DNA of 64,000 nt from Phoronis australis (taxonomy: Eukaryota; Animalia; Phoronida), in NCBI GenBank assembly GCA_002633005.1, contig NMRA01000159.1:512473-576472 (forward strand). Reading direction: 5' to 3'. The number at the start of each line of letters is the position of its first letter. Position 1 is the stretch's first letter. Below the pieces are notes generated by a model that saw only the letters and a program-made list of their open reading frames with translations, did not search any database and was not told where the DNA came from. The position numbers were made by a program, and so were the translations under genes. Positions 25,440 through 39,411 of the stretch are shown here, piece after piece.

Positions 25440-28250
25440 AGAGCAATGTACTTTATCCATCTGCTTAATTTGTATTTTTCCTTTAAAACCTCCTAAGATA
25501 ATAATTTACTTTCGAAATCTAATAAGTCTTGAACAAAAACAATTCCAGCAGTTTTTCTAGTCATCAAAATATTTCTGTTATTCCATACTACTTGATTTTT
25601 CAAGCCAATATTCTTATGTAAGTAGTCTGTTATTTCCCTAGGACCATAACATATCAGAGTACCATAAGTTGAAAATTTCTATGAGCACGTTTTTATAAGC
25701 ATATTTAGGTTTTACGATTAAACAACCTCCATAGTTTCTAAACATATTTAGGAAATATTTTCCGTTTTTTTATTTTTCCTTTTACAAATCGTTTATTCCA
25801 CTGGAACCGTTAAGCCCTACGCTTTTCCTTACTATTGTCAGCTATATCTCTTCTACACTTTTGGGGATTTATTTTGTCAGATGAAGCCCTGAATAATATT
25901 ATTTATGTCCCGTCTCTTGTTAGGAGGCATACCTAAGGTATTCATAACATAAATTATTTTCGACATAGGAAAGGTTTTGATCACCTCAGTTCTTCCTAAT
26001 AAAGAAACACTGTGGCTTTTCCATATATCTAAAGTTTTTTATTTTGGCATCATAATTACGGCCATTGTTTTCTTCTTTATGGTGTCCAAAATACGTGCCC
26101 AAATATTTGATTGACTTTCCAGACACGAAGTTATACAAAATTTCGTTGCATTTGTTATCCTTGCCAAGATGAAGTCCTTCGCTCTTGTTTGGTTTTAACT
26201 TTAATCTAGACACTTCCCTAAAACTTTGAATGAAGTGTAGTGAATTGAAACCCGATACCTTGCCCTGAGGAAATGTTGTTGTATCGTCAGCATACTGCAT
26301 TATCTTAAATTCACTTCCTTCAATAATAATACCTCTAATCAAATTACTTTTCTAGTATAATAAGCCATTACTTCGACACATAAACAAAATAAGTGACCTG
26401 ACAATGATTCTCCTTGTCTGACACCTCTTTTAAGTTTAACATAGTCAGTAGACAGGCCATTGTTAATAACACATGAAGTAGGATTGTTATACCATGGGCN
26501 TCAGTGCTGCACCGCCAATGTATAGAGAATTTTAACCCATTATTTAAAATTATGGCAAAAATTAAAGGCATGCAAACCCTATGTGTAAATTTCCATTCGA
26601 TTGTGTCAGGAAATTACATGATTTAAATTGTTGTAATCATCATTTAGGTGGATTACACAATTTAGCTTTAGTTGAAACATACACCCAACATGTAATGAGA
26701 ACTGCATGTTAAAATAATTCATTCAACAACAACAAACTATTTGTAAGCAAAATGCAATGTCAAATATTCTAATTGTTGTTACTTAACAGGCCACACTATT
26801 AAAAAGATTTTGGCTTGTAGTAATACCACTTGCTGCAACTTAAAAATATTTCGGAATCAAACTAAAGTAGTCACACTCTCAATTACAGCTGCCAAAAAAT
26901 TAAACATTTCTTTTCATCGAAAATTGCCGAAATTTCTAAAAAGGATTCAGCTACTTTTCAATTATGCCTTGGTGCTATTTTTGGCCTGATTTCCCTTTGG
27001 CTTATAGCCATAAAACTTCCACGAACTTCGAAGCCAGATGAATTTCCACAAAATTTTTTGAAAACTACTGTACATACAGTCAAAAATCGTCAGCAATTTT
27101 TTGAAATCTATAACTCTCCTTGAAGCAGGCAAAAGCTTGTCGTCTTTCCTCTTTCCAGCACAGTTGTACTTCAGAATGTATCATTCGAAATCAAAGATCA
27201 GAGTGATGAGTAACAGCAGTGTCCACTGTAACTTATAGTGTTACTAGAATGAGCACACACACCCCATACACACGTCAGAGTGACAGCACAGCAAGATAAT
27301 TGTACAAGAAATACAATTGTGCAATACACTTCACGTGTTTACGTCATATAAACGGGAATAGATAGAACGTGTTAAGACCACGCTTTCATTCTGCGACACT
27401 TAATTGAATCTAAATCACTTGTGCCCTGACATACAGAAAGCAACTATTACTGTTTCTCCAGCATATGTTAATGGTCATTAACATACAGACATGAGCAGTA
27501 CGTCACATGGATACTCAGGCTGGATGGGCCATATAAGTTACTCGACAAAAAACAAAACAAGTTGACAGTAACATATCTGAAATCTTTTGTTGTGCTAACG
27601 TAAAAGTAAATCCAAAATGAACAGTTATTCAATAAAGAGACAACTTAATAAACTAAGAGATAACAAGAAATTTGAAAACCATGTCATTCCTGGCTGGCAC
27701 CAGCAAAGGGTCCGAGTGATTTTTGAGCGATGACAGGCAGACCAATAGACCAAAACAACCCCAAACAAATGAACAATTATGACACAATTACAATATTGTA
27801 GTACAGCACACAAGTTTGATGAAAATGCAGAAGAATCTGGCCTATATAGATGACTTTACGTCCGAATAACGCTTGAATAATCTGATTAATTTGTTCACGT
27901 TTCATATAGAGTGGAGTATTGTTCTTTTTTTTCAGCAACAAAATTTTTATATGTCGCCTGTAAATTATCAATTGTTTGTTCTAATTACTCATAAGTTGAT
28001 AAAGTTTTTCGTTGTTGGAATATTGACCTTTCCTTTCTGTTTAGTCCGTTCAGTTAATGTTATTAGTGAAATGAACATTTTCCCATAGCCAAATTGTTTT
28101 CATTTATAGAAAGCTCATTAGAAACTTCAGAGTTCAGCTTTTTGCAGAGAAATGTTGCTTTTCAGATTTCAGGTGTGTTTCTTGCAACAGAATCTAAAAT
28201 AAAAGAGTATGAAACAACCAGATGACCACCTGGGATTGCCACTTTTAAAG
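25440..28250 (-). mobile_element. L1/Tx1-clade LINE ORF2 relic (APE to RT), heavily decayed
   Basis: ILLQETH at ~28175-28195 (APE motif), GVRQG at ~26415, IRGI...KIMQYADDTT and IKYLG at ~26100-26340. RT part clear, middle part weak. Confidence 0.7.
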
Positions 28251-30379
28251 CCAGGGGATACTTTGATTTGCTGTTATAAGAATCAAATAAAGTGCGATTT
28301 TATAGCTGATCAAGACTTAGTGAGAGAGGATATAATTCTTTGGAAGTTTGCCACCATTTCCCGTCATCATAGCGTGGACCTCATTTTGCGTTACTTTTTA
28401 CCATCATCTGATCATCTTCTCTGTGTGTGATGAGAACTCCTTGAGAATTAAGTTTCACGTACCGGTAGGAAAATTGTTGTTTACTTTTTGTTGTTTCCAC
28501 TCCATTAACTACTTTGGGCGATTTAGAACAGGCACTAACAAAACACAAATGAATTACCAATTAGTGATTGCACACTCAGTTAATGTTACGTAAACTTAAT
28601 TGAAGAGTATTTATTTATAGGTACCCTGAGTACATGCATAGCTATTTTCTCTTCTTTTAATGACGGAGTTTTAATGTGTTGGGGAGTATTTTGGTGCTGT
28701 CTTGGGACTGAAGTTCCCTAATCTATTTCTCCTGGTTTTATCTCCACTGTTACATAAATCAGTCTCAGTCCCTGGCTGAAGTGGTTGTAGGTGACAACCA
28801 ACACTATCACAACAAATAGACTTAAAAAGAGCCTTGCAGGGTACAGACTACTGTACATGGGATTCTAGGAACTGAAGCAATACACAATTAGGCCTACTTC
28901 AGGAATCAAGGAAAATGCTTGATATTTAGAGGAAAAAACAGAAAATTTTTCCTGGGCGAACACCCCTCCCTACGGTCGCAAAAGTGACTCAATTGTGTAT
29001 TTGACCTGTTCACTTCAATGTTGTGTTAACCAAGCGTATGTAGAACGTTTGACTGAACACGTCTAGCCAAAACATAGTCTGGGATCGAACACAATGATGA
29101 TGGTTCCAAGAAAACGTCCTAAATTGTCATATGGAGTTAGATGTTTCATTCTACCATGACAAAAGAATAGTTTATATAATTGTGACGTCAGCGTATTTCT
29201 AAGCTGTAAGGTCAATCACCTTAGTTAGCTTCAGTCTCATTTTGGGATGCATATAAAGTGTACAGTAAGCTTGTTCAAAGTGTCTCTTTTAATACTTGTA
29301 CGAAAATGGAGAATTAGTTTAAATTCAATGTAGTGGCCATTTTTAGTTTACACATTCAAATGAAAAACTATAAATAAATGGTAAATGGCCAAAACGGGGT
29401 GCAAAGCCCGTTGCCGCACGGGGATATGAGAAGTTGGATCCCCCTATTGTCTGGGTCTCGAAAGGAGCGTGGTGGTGAATGCTAGACGCAGATGTGGAAC
29501 CCGGTGCCACATGCGAGCATGGGATGAAGTGAGATCCTCCCATCGGGGGGGAGGGGGGAGGGGTTGGGAGACCTTCCTCAAGCAAAATTTGAAAATTAGA
29601 TGTAATTGGCTGGTTTGCTCATTATAGACAAGGCCTTAACCCAAGCATCATGTAGTCGAGTATCTGGGTAAAGGACACTTCGTAAGACAAATTGGCAATG
29701 AAGTGTCCGGCCTAGTGTGATCTCTGTCGCACTTGACTTGAGTACAAAAAACAGTGTTAAAATTCAATAATCCACGAAGTGACAACATTAGAACAAAAAA
29801 TATGTGAACTTTGTAGACATAATAATCTAATTCGTGTATAACGAAACCTCCGTTGATATCGTCTTGCTAAACATATATCAGTGATAGTGGATTAGCATTG
29901 GCCGGCGTATCAGACGCCNTCATGCCATGTCATCCTATTACACCCCACACGTTTGTAACTCGAATTTGACTGATGTATAGTAAAGTTGTCTTGCGCGATA
30001 TCATACAGCGTACATGTACAGTACATGTAATACTTGAAAAAAAAAACTGTTTTCCAAAGAATTGCTAGTGTGGCCTGCGCCGTGGTCTGGTCGCGAGTCT
30101 GTTTGAAGATGCACTCTAACAAGTTACATGTATGTCTATACAAGGAATGACCAAGGGGCACTCACATTGACAAAGTGACCGCATTCGCGAACAGCGTACA
30201 GTACCAGAACTTGCGGGGAGGCTGTATTTCACAACAAAGTCTTGCGGGAGTCGTGCGATGTTCAGCGGGCCTCCTAAGGAGCCCTAGTGACGACCTCAAC
30301 ACCTATCGTCTTTCTACCTGCAATAAGCACCACTGCCGTTTTCTATGCTGGGAATTTCCTCAGAAAGGCCCATGCCAGT

Positions 30380-30790
30380 GGGCATTTATTTGATGTTAGT
30401 ACTTCGGGTTTCAAGCGTTCAGACATTGGGACGGTTATTTCAAAAATTGCAAGAGATGCAAATGGGTCCTGGGATACATCGTCAAGGTTTGAAGTAGTCC
30501 ATGATGAACAGATCTAATTTATTTGCGCACGCTGTAAGTCTTTTGAATGGACTTGGTAACCTCAGGGGGCTTAGTGCCAACTGAGCTGCGAAACGAGATG
30601 CTGACAATGTAGAGGCGTACAAGCTCATTGACACAGCAGTTGACGAAGTACAAGCGTTGGGAACAAACGTCGAAGATGTCTGGGTAGAATGGTTCCAAGA
30701 ACAGCAAGCCATTGGATCCGATGTACAGTTTCCTCGGCAGTCTAGACAACAGAAAGATAGGACAAACGTGAAACACCCAGGTAATAATTA
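30380..30790 (+). pseudogene. decayed hAT (Tip100 / PRKRIR-THAP12-like) transposase fragment
   Basis: WDTSS...FI..., then LRGLS..*..KRDADNVEAYKLID...V..EWFQE...FPRQSRQQKDRTNV, matching the PRxxxRQxxRxNV pattern of this family as I recall it; stop and frameshift present. Confidence 0.65.
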
Positions 30791-31169
30791 TACACAGTTT
30801 GTAATAATGTCGTTTTTTTATGCTTGTGTACAATGAAAACAAAATAGCAATTATTTTTTGGACATGCCAAATTTACCCAGCACAGCAGAGGGTCTACAAG
30901 AGCACAGAAACTGATTCTGGCTTGTATTTCCACTTGAGTCTATCTTCTTTATATCCAAAATCTTATTTCACGTAGTGCGTAGTTAAATCTGTACTCCATA
31001 CTTGTTTCTTCCAGTGAGTACTACAGAACGGTGCGAAAACCCTCCCTAGACAACCTCTCGCAGCAGTTGACCATCAGATGTATGAACTACTGTACACGTA
31101 TGAGCATCCACTGGGGATTAAAAAGTGTCTAGAGAAAGGTTTTCAATTCAAATTTTTTGCAAAGTACGT

Positions 31170-31480
31170 TTTAGGTCTCGCGACAGACCAGGCCAGCTTG
31201 ATTTGTGTAGATATCGAGTTTCAGTGTACTTCTGATCCCTCGGCGAACCAGACTTGTGATGTTTTTTACCAAAGTGTGCTTTGTTAACTATTTATCTCAG
31301 CCAGTACTATTTGGTCCCGCGACAGATTGACTATTTTTATAGGGATAACAACCATAGGTGTACTTTTGGTCTCGTGACGGACCTGGCAAGAGTTTTTGTG
31401 TACTCTCAGTGTACATCTGGTCCCTCTGCGAACTGCTCCTGTATATCTTTTCACCACGGTGTAGGCCTACAGAGTGTTTT
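31170..31480. repeat. degenerate internal tandem repeats
   Basis: GGTC(T/C)CG(C/T)GAC and GTGTAC(T/A)T(C/T)TG(G/A)TC motifs recur 3-4 times. Confidence 0.55.
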
Positions 31481-32541
31481 GGTTTCATGAAACTGTTTTC
31501 AGATGATTTGTTTCCTGATACATTTGACATTTTTCAATTGTTGTCAACGTGATTCAGCTTAATAAAGTGATACTTAATTGCTTTTGTCGCTTTTAATAAT
31601 AGACTATGAGCTGAGAGCACCATCGTTCGCCAGTTTTTCTCGTAACGAGACAGAACACATGTTTATTTCCGGACTAACAGTACAGGTCTTCGTTCTTAAA
31701 CAGCTTGAGGCTGTTGTGATCATCTGATATTCAAGTTTTTACGCCCCGTCTGTGCTCCTTATGCTCTTGAATATTTGGTAGTTGTCTAAGCCCCTGTATA
31801 CACACCACACTTTTTCGCATGCTAAAAAGGTGCGTGTAAGCAGATGTTCCAACAAAAAATTTTGCTGGTGGTGTGACTCATACCCAGATGTGCATAAATA
31901 TGGTTTCACGAAACTTATGAGCCAAGTTCATGTCACGAAATCGAGAAGGGCTTTTAATTATCTTAAGAAAAACTCCAGGGACATGTTAAGTGCCAGAAAC
32001 GTACCAGGATGCATGGAAATTTCACTGTCTACAAAAATAAAACGTTATCTTACACGGGAGGGGGGTTTACCCCCCGCTCGGCGCCACGCGCCTCGGATTC
32101 GACCTTTGCGGGAATCCTGGACGATTTATATAATCCAGTCCAGGCAGCAGACGAACTTTCTGAGACTGGTTAACACTGATTCAATATCGTCATTTTGGCG
32201 CATGGTTATGGTTTATTAAACAGATGGATGTCACGCCCTGCAGTGTAATTCACAACTGATGTCTTTTGTAAACTCGGACACGATGAAATGAATGAAGCAG
32301 AAATCTTACTGTTTCTTACTTCATTAGCAAACCCTGGCCCTTTCCCATTTTAGAAAAGTCGTATCGAGGTCGTTGCCTGGTCCCCGGCATTGTCGGAATA
32401 CCAGGTAGAAACGAGGTACGAAAGGAGATTGAATTATTGTGTTTAACGGTGGCACAATTCAAGATCCCAATGTACAATTATTATTTTCCCTTTCGACCCA
32501 CAAACGGCGAAAGGTGCCATGTGACTTGTACGTATTCATTA

Positions 32542-32638
32542 TTACTAGCGATGATTTTTACTAGCGATCATTTTTACTTGCGATTCACTTTACTAGCGAT
32601 CATTTTACCAGCGATCATTTTTACTACTAGCGATTTTT
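32542..32638. repeat. ~17-bp minisatellite (ACTAGCGATCATTTTT)
   Basis: About six degenerate units, next to a hAT-like terminus (...GGGGAAACCCTG at ~32765). Confidence 0.85.
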
Positions 32639-34744
32639 GCGTGGCGGTGAAGTTTCCCCGTCACGATTAGGTGTGTGGCGGACAATTTGAGTACGATTTA
32701 CGAGTGGCGGGGCCAAAAAGGAGCGTGGCGGGCCGCCCAGAAGTTTACACGCAGGGGAAACCCTGATTTTGTAAAATCATAAATATTGGATGTAGAAAAA
32801 ATCGATGTCATTTCATACAATGTCTTTGTGTTGTTTTTGTATAATTTAACGGAAAGTCTTTAAATATTTTATAAAAATTCATTCATAGCGTGTACAGAAT
32901 ACTAGGCTGGGTGTTAAGTTCCAATGTTTACTATTACTACTACCATGAAGAGATCTTCCTGCTACTACTATACTAGTGATAATGAGAGTGGCGGTAAGCT
33001 GTCCGAGATGTGTACTGCTAGTAGAAACCAGGCGAATTTTTCTCATGTTTTTTCGAAAATCATTTTTTCTCAAGTGATGTAGACAAAAAAAATGAAGCGA
33101 ACGTTGTCTCCGTTATCCGTTGCCAGAGGGGAGCCTCTGGAAAAGCGCCGCACAGGAGACCCTAACAATGCCCTGACCAAGGTCATCAAAAGGTAAACCA
33201 TGCAATGTTGTTAAATGTTTACAAGGTGTACATGAACAGAACATTATCCAATAATGAGCAAATGGCTTGGTGTCAATGAACTCAGATAGCTGACATTATC
33301 GCACTGGGTGTAATTGGTCTATTATTTAGAATATTTTCCACTTCACATAAAGGTGTTTAGAACTCCGTCACTAAGCTTTGTAAGGACCTCTGTACGTGTT
33401 TCCCAGAATGGGACGAGATAAACTTCCATGTTATACCTTGCTTGTTTGCCAGTGTTTTGTGCAATGTATTTACGGATGGCACTCCTCCCTCTGATAGGGA
33501 ATTTCTCTCTAATTGCCCAAGGGTATTTTAACAACCCATGTGCCTGACCTGCCAGTGTCACGACTGCGCACTGCGTATAACATAAGGTCAGTGACATGGC
33601 CGGTTGGAACATGAATTAGTGGTCTGTAGTTTACAGCCAAAGGCCTATTACTTAATCTTGAATTTTACAAGCGCCTGTTATACCGCATGGTTCGTAATGA
33701 AGGTCATTGCAATGGTCATACACAAATATGTATTTAATGAGAAATTATATGTTGTTTTAGATCGGTAGTTAGCTATTGGTTGTGTAGTTGTTGATATTGG
33801 AAACAAATCAGCATCAGTGAATAACTTAAGTGCATGGTGTCTCATTCCCTCCGCATGGGCGGCGCACCANCAAATTGGCTTCACGGCATCAGCTCACGTT
33901 TGACGTTGGGCCGACGCGTTGAGTTGGATTCCCGCGCTGTGTCACGGCGCCGCGGATCGAAGCGCCGTGTCGCTTGTGTGGCGGCCGCGGCGGCGGCGGG
34001 TGCCGAGACCCGGCGACGCGGATAGAGCTGCATAGTACGCTGGTCTGATGGCGTCAAATTTAACTTGAAAGGAAAAGTCTTAAAAATGCGTCTATTATCG
34101 CCGCCTAAATAGCTTTTGCTCCAAAAAATTTCACTCCACTGACTGAGGCATGTCGGCGAGCAGGGCAGCACCCGCTTCCCATGCGGTAGCGGGGCTTCAT
34201 CGTCTCAACACTCATGAGTCGTTTTTTCAATATCAAATAAAGGGTGTTCATTGATTAAACACTCACTTCTCTATAAACTGCCATGAATTAAACGGTAGAC
34301 TTCAGGCCTAAGTTAACTTCTCTGCAACAGATGTCGCGACGTAACAGGAAACGAACTGAGTTAAAGCGCAACATTCCAAAAACCGCTAAGTCGGCCAGTA
34401 TTTGTTCGAGTTGGAAGGAATTAAAGACATCGACGGCCTCCTAAGGCGCCCCTCTATGCGCACAAGGTATTTATAACAATGTGACTTCGATGTTGGATGC
34501 ATAATTTGCTAGAATGCTCCCGTCTCTACTGCGGCCAGGTGGAGACGATGTCACTGTCTGTCCTGATGACCTGAGCCTGAGGTTGAGGCGGATTTATATA
34601 TATATAATTTCACCATTACGGCATTTTCCTGTTGATCCCAACTTGTTCGATTATATATCCCAACAACAAGTTGGGAAGATGACCATTGTAGCCAATTACG
34701 CAACTGATAAACTCCATACTGTCATTTATGGTTGCAGGGCCACC

Positions 34745-36005
34745 TATGGGCAGCAAAAAGGTTCAAAATAGACAACAGTGCCAAATAAACAAGTTACTTT
34801 TTAAACAGACAGGTTATTTGGTTCAGTTTTGGCAAACAGACAGGTTATTTGGTTAAATTTTGACAAACAGACAGGTTATTTGGTTTATTTTCGACAGACA
34901 GGTTATTTAGCGAACGAACAAGTTAGTTGCGCCGAGCAGACAGGTTACTTGCGCCGAACGAACAGGTTACTTGTCGAACAAACAAGTCACTTCTATCAGA
35001 CAGGTTAGTCAAGTCAAATGAACATGTTGGTCTAGCCAAACAGACGTAGTAGTCGAACAGACAGGACAGAGGGCGCTGTCTCAACTCAAGAAATAGTTGA
35101 CGTCACGAAGTCATGAGCCCCGCAATGAGCACAAAAATACCAAAAAGTTGTTTTGGTGGTCTGTTGCAGTGAAGAATTTCTTTCATAGGACTGTTCTCAA
35201 TTTGTCATCGACCATTCTTTAATAAATTTATGGAATCGTGATGCGTTTGCTTGTTTAAACCAAGCTGCCAAATGGTAGATTGAACTGCGTCACGGCCACG
35301 TATGTAAACAGGTATTCAAAGCTTGGTTCGGCCACCCCGCCAATTAAACGTTATTCCATTATTTGAGGTCAAACCGTTAATATTATGACATGCAATCATG
35401 TGTATTCAGGCTTGTTATTATGTGATTACGTGTAACTGGGTTATCCTCTTCTTTGACGAAAGTTGAAATTGATGTGGTCCTGTATTCGCCGTACTAACGA
35501 AGTTAGTTTTGCATTTACACAACATACTTTTTGTTATAAAGTTTGAAAAACACCGTTTATGTCTCTTTCTTCAATCATGTTTCTCAAAATATCGTTGGAA
35601 ATTAAACACTTCGGTAGCTTCAGTTTGAGTTACCTTTATTTGCAATAACATAATGCAGGTTTGGGGTTCAGTCAGATTGAGACTCCGTGAGGTCATTCGT
35701 TTTCAAGTGACGCCCTCTGTTCATTTGCTGTGTTTGTCTTGTTCGTTTAACAGATGACTTGTCTGTTCGACAAGTTGAGCCTACAAGGCTACTTGTCTGT
35801 TTGGTAACCTACTTAATCATTTGCCAACTTACTTGTTTGTTCAACAGTAGGCACTAATTTATCCGACAAAATCTGCAAAGCTGACTTGTCTGTTTGGAAA
35901 ACCATAGCATTCTTGACCTGTTTATTTGACGAATCACTTGTCTGTTTAGCAAACCACTTGTTTATTTGGCACTGGTGTCTATTTTGAACCTTTTCGCTGC
36001 CCATA
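34745..36005. mobile_element. 1.26-kb TIR element with ~50-bp TIRs and subterminal repeat arrays
   Basis: TATGGGCAGCAAAAAGGTTCAAAATAGACAACAGTGCCAAATAAACAAGT is matched in reverse at ~35956-36005 with 2 mismatches; AACAGACAGGTTA units at left, inverted ACTTGTCTGTT units at right. Superfamily unresolved. Confidence 0.88.
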
Positions 36006-36392
36006 GCCAGCTCTCTTTTGTTTGATAATTGCTCTAATCTCCAATACGTATCTAGCCTGACTGGGCTGTGCTGTTAAAAATACAAGTTAAGTTTTAACAT
36101 ATTTGAACACAAACCAACAGCATTTCTGAAATCCTCATCAAATGTTGTTCATGTTTAGTTCTTGAATCGCCAAAATCGACCTACTACAACCGAAGTTACG
36201 ACAGTCAATTCTTTCCAAATGTACCAAGTCGGTCTGGGTTTGACTGTGTTCACACCTGGTCTGTAATAAGCCTGGTAGATAATTGGCCTGTCTGTTCATC
36301 GTCAAACATGTCAAAATTGCTACATATTTTAAAGACCTGATTAAACATACTAGTGACTACACCAATTTTGTGCTTTTTGGGGAACACACCTA

Positions 36393-39300
36393 CCGTATTT
36401 GCCGTAATAACCGCCCATGCCCCTATAAGCGCCCCCCACGCGTTTTCAGACTTTGCTAAAATAAGCGCCCAGTCCATGAACGTGTACGTGCGAAAAATGC
36501 CTTACCTACAGTCCTAAAATTGTACAGTAACGTCTTCAATTTACCAATAATATCCGACAGTCCTGAAAAAATCATTGTGCGCAGAATTTGTAGACCACGA
36601 GCCTCGCCTTTATGTAGGTATTTAATCGTGACTATACATTTCAAACTTCCGCCATGCCTCGAAACGAACATAAAAGTTCTGCTGATATTACGAGGGTCAA
36701 TGGTCTGGCCTTCAAAACAGAAGTAGCGTACTTGTCTACGGGATTGCTTTGTAGATATTTCCCGCTTTCAACAGGAATCCAAATTTCTTTGTAGGCCTAC
36801 ACGTGAAAACCGTGAATCGAAGACTAATAAAAAGCTTGGCCAATGTTAAAAGCGCGTGGCAAGGAAGCGCACGCTACATACATGAACCTGTCATCGAAGA
36901 CATTAGCCGGGAACTATCCATTCATGAAACGGGTAGCGCAGTATCGCCAAGGAATGAATATTGGCACTAATTTCCGACAGTTTCTAATACTATAGAAAAT
37001 GTTTGCGTTATGTTTAAGATGAATTGTTTGATTAACCATAATTGGTGCTTTTAAAGGAGCATGCCACCCAAAAAAAACAATCTAATTTATATCAATTTAG
37101 ATGGAGTAGTTCTACTCCATAACGACACGTACGGTTGCGTTACCTGAAACCTGACGGCAGACGAAGGTGTTGAAATTATCCAATGACGTCACCGGTTTCA
37201 CACGCAGTCTGTTCAGCAATTCTCAACACGGGTTACTGGTGTCAGTTTATCGCTTGAAGTCATCGTTTAACACCAATAAATCATCAAACTTCGATGTAAA
37301 ACCCTTAAAAATACACCAAATTCTTATAAAAACGTGTTGTTTTATTTCGCTCTTACGAATTTATTGGTATTTGGACGCACCGTAGCCTACAAAGTTCGGC
37401 AGGCAAATAAGGTCCGTAGCTTAAGTTTGTGGTTTCGGAGATAATTTCGAAGTATTTTCCGTGAGATACAGACAGGAGAACCTAGATTTGTTGTTTAGAC
37501 TTGTGATTTTTTGAGTTCTAAACACAAAACGCTTTATAGCCTGGCCAGTGGCTCGAAGCCCGATCAGGCCCGTCGCGGCCGGCCGGATNTCGGAAACTGA
37601 TCAGACATCACGAACATAAATCAGCCAAAGTTCAGTCAAGAAAATACTACACTAATGAGCTAAAGTAATGTGCCCCTGATTATGTTGGTGAATTAGCCAC
37701 GAAACTGCAAATCTACTTACTCGTCGGGGGCCGCGAATTCAGGTTCCGCTTTGGCCACAGCACCGTCAGGGCAGAAGTTGTACGTTGACAATCATTATTT
37801 GAGTAATGTAATGTAAATAAAGATTCCCCTAACACCTGGTCGTGGGATGGAAATCGAGTTGTTTCACAACAGTTTCTGCCAGCTAACACTAAATTAGCAT
37901 GAGCTCACACGGCCTCGGTGTCCCGTCAATTAGTTTTATTGCACCTAAAGGCCAGTAACGCGGTGATCTATTCATTGCTGGCTTCTCAAATCATTTGCAC
38001 TCACGAACACTCCAAAGGCATTAAAAATTGCATCTAATGAGACAGACTTTGTTTTAGTTTTATATAAGAATTGGTTAGGGTGAGAATAATTCATTTTGAA
38101 ACAGAACCCTCAGTAATAAACACCAACATGGCAACTCGCAATCCCGACTTAGGACGAGCTAGAGCTCATCAGTCCCGACTTCGCAGGTGGATCGTTAGGT
38201 TTTACAGGCTATCAATTCGAACAGGAATACAGTGATGGAGAAATACTAGAGAGGCGCCGTGAACAAGCTCAGCCAACGGAACGCATGGAGTTATTTGGTA
38301 AGCCGGCATTCATGAGGCACGGTCTACGTCTGCAGGCCACAGACACGGAGATGTTTCACGGCCTCATACTTGCTATTTACAGCGTGACATTTCGTTCTTC
38401 ACTACCATGAGCCACTTCCTAAGCATTTCGGACTCTCGAGGAATTAAAAAAAATGATATTCCCGCTTTCCTCGCAGCTGCTTAGTTCGGACAAGCGGGAA
38501 CGATGCACCGCAACATAGCGGCATTCACTCTGCACATGAACCACCGACGTCGCTAGCGTCGTTTCTAACCTTCCTCACAGGTTAACGCGACACCTCTTGG
38601 TAAGGTAAGGTCGACCGTATGTGAGGCGATGTGGATATAGACCGATTAAGGCGGCAAAACAGACTAATTAAATCGGGTGGTATTCTCCTTTAAGCCAAAT
38701 ATCCGATAAAATGACCACTGACAGTGAATTCTTACACACCCTTACACTGAAAAATAACTGTCAGATAGTCACATACGCCGCATCCAGCCACACGATGACT
38801 TATATGGTCTTACCGAGACAAATGTCAAACGTTTTTAGCGACATGAGACCGGCAAGTGCTGAATGAAACACGCTCTGGTTTAGGCCTACTGCTTGTGCAA
38901 ATTTCTTTAGATACAATGCACATCTAGCTCGTTAGATTGCGTGGCTCTGGCCAAGATGGTATCTGCTGGCAAATGAACTCTGGTGACACGCTCGTACGCG
39001 CTCGCTTTCTCACAAACGCAGACTACTTCAAAACAAACGTCTCGTGACAACAACATGTGTGTTCGTCCATACATATTTTTCTCATGTTGCCGATCATACA
39101 TGTAGATGGCACGATGTAGTAGCACAGATTTGTACTTAAACCTGCCGTGATGTTGACTCCATGGGAACTTAAAAATCTTAGGGACGCTACTTGGAAAACT
39201 TAAGGAGGATTTCAGGTAATTTGCAATACACCACGGTTTTGTAGTAAGTCTTTCATAAATTACAGATAAGTCACAGAGCGTAAATGTGATGAATCTTAGC

Positions 39301-39411
39301 TTCCGATTTCACCCGTTTCATAGACCGGGTTTCAACGGCCTTGGGTTATAATAAGCGCCCCCTTAAATGAACTTTTCTAAGTGCCCTGGGCGCTTATTAC
39401 GGTGAATACGG
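36393..39411 (+). mobile_element. pogo/Tc1-type non-autonomous DNA element, copy 1
   Basis: TIR CCGTATT(T/C)(G/A)CCGTAATAA(C/G)CGCCCA, TA at left; body alignable with 59692-61183 and, inverted, with 41333-43922. Confidence 0.9.
37055..38689 (-). mobile_element. internally deleted Kolobok element with a THAP-domain relic
   Basis: TTAA TSDs; TIR AGGAGCATGCCACC / GGTGGTATTCTCCT; empty TTAA site seen in the paralogous host copy (~60326); minus strand 38516-38240 reads MLRCIVPACPN*...GISFFLIPRE...RKWL...HLRVCGL. Confidence 0.85.

Noticed and set aside
31782-32219. 145-aa ORF as a host gene
   Set aside because: Non-ATG start, no recognisable domain, and it overlaps MITE-like internal sequence.
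33100-33612. Possible tyrosine-recombinase or host exon
   Set aside because: No convincing motif or splice pattern in any frame; would need a profile search.
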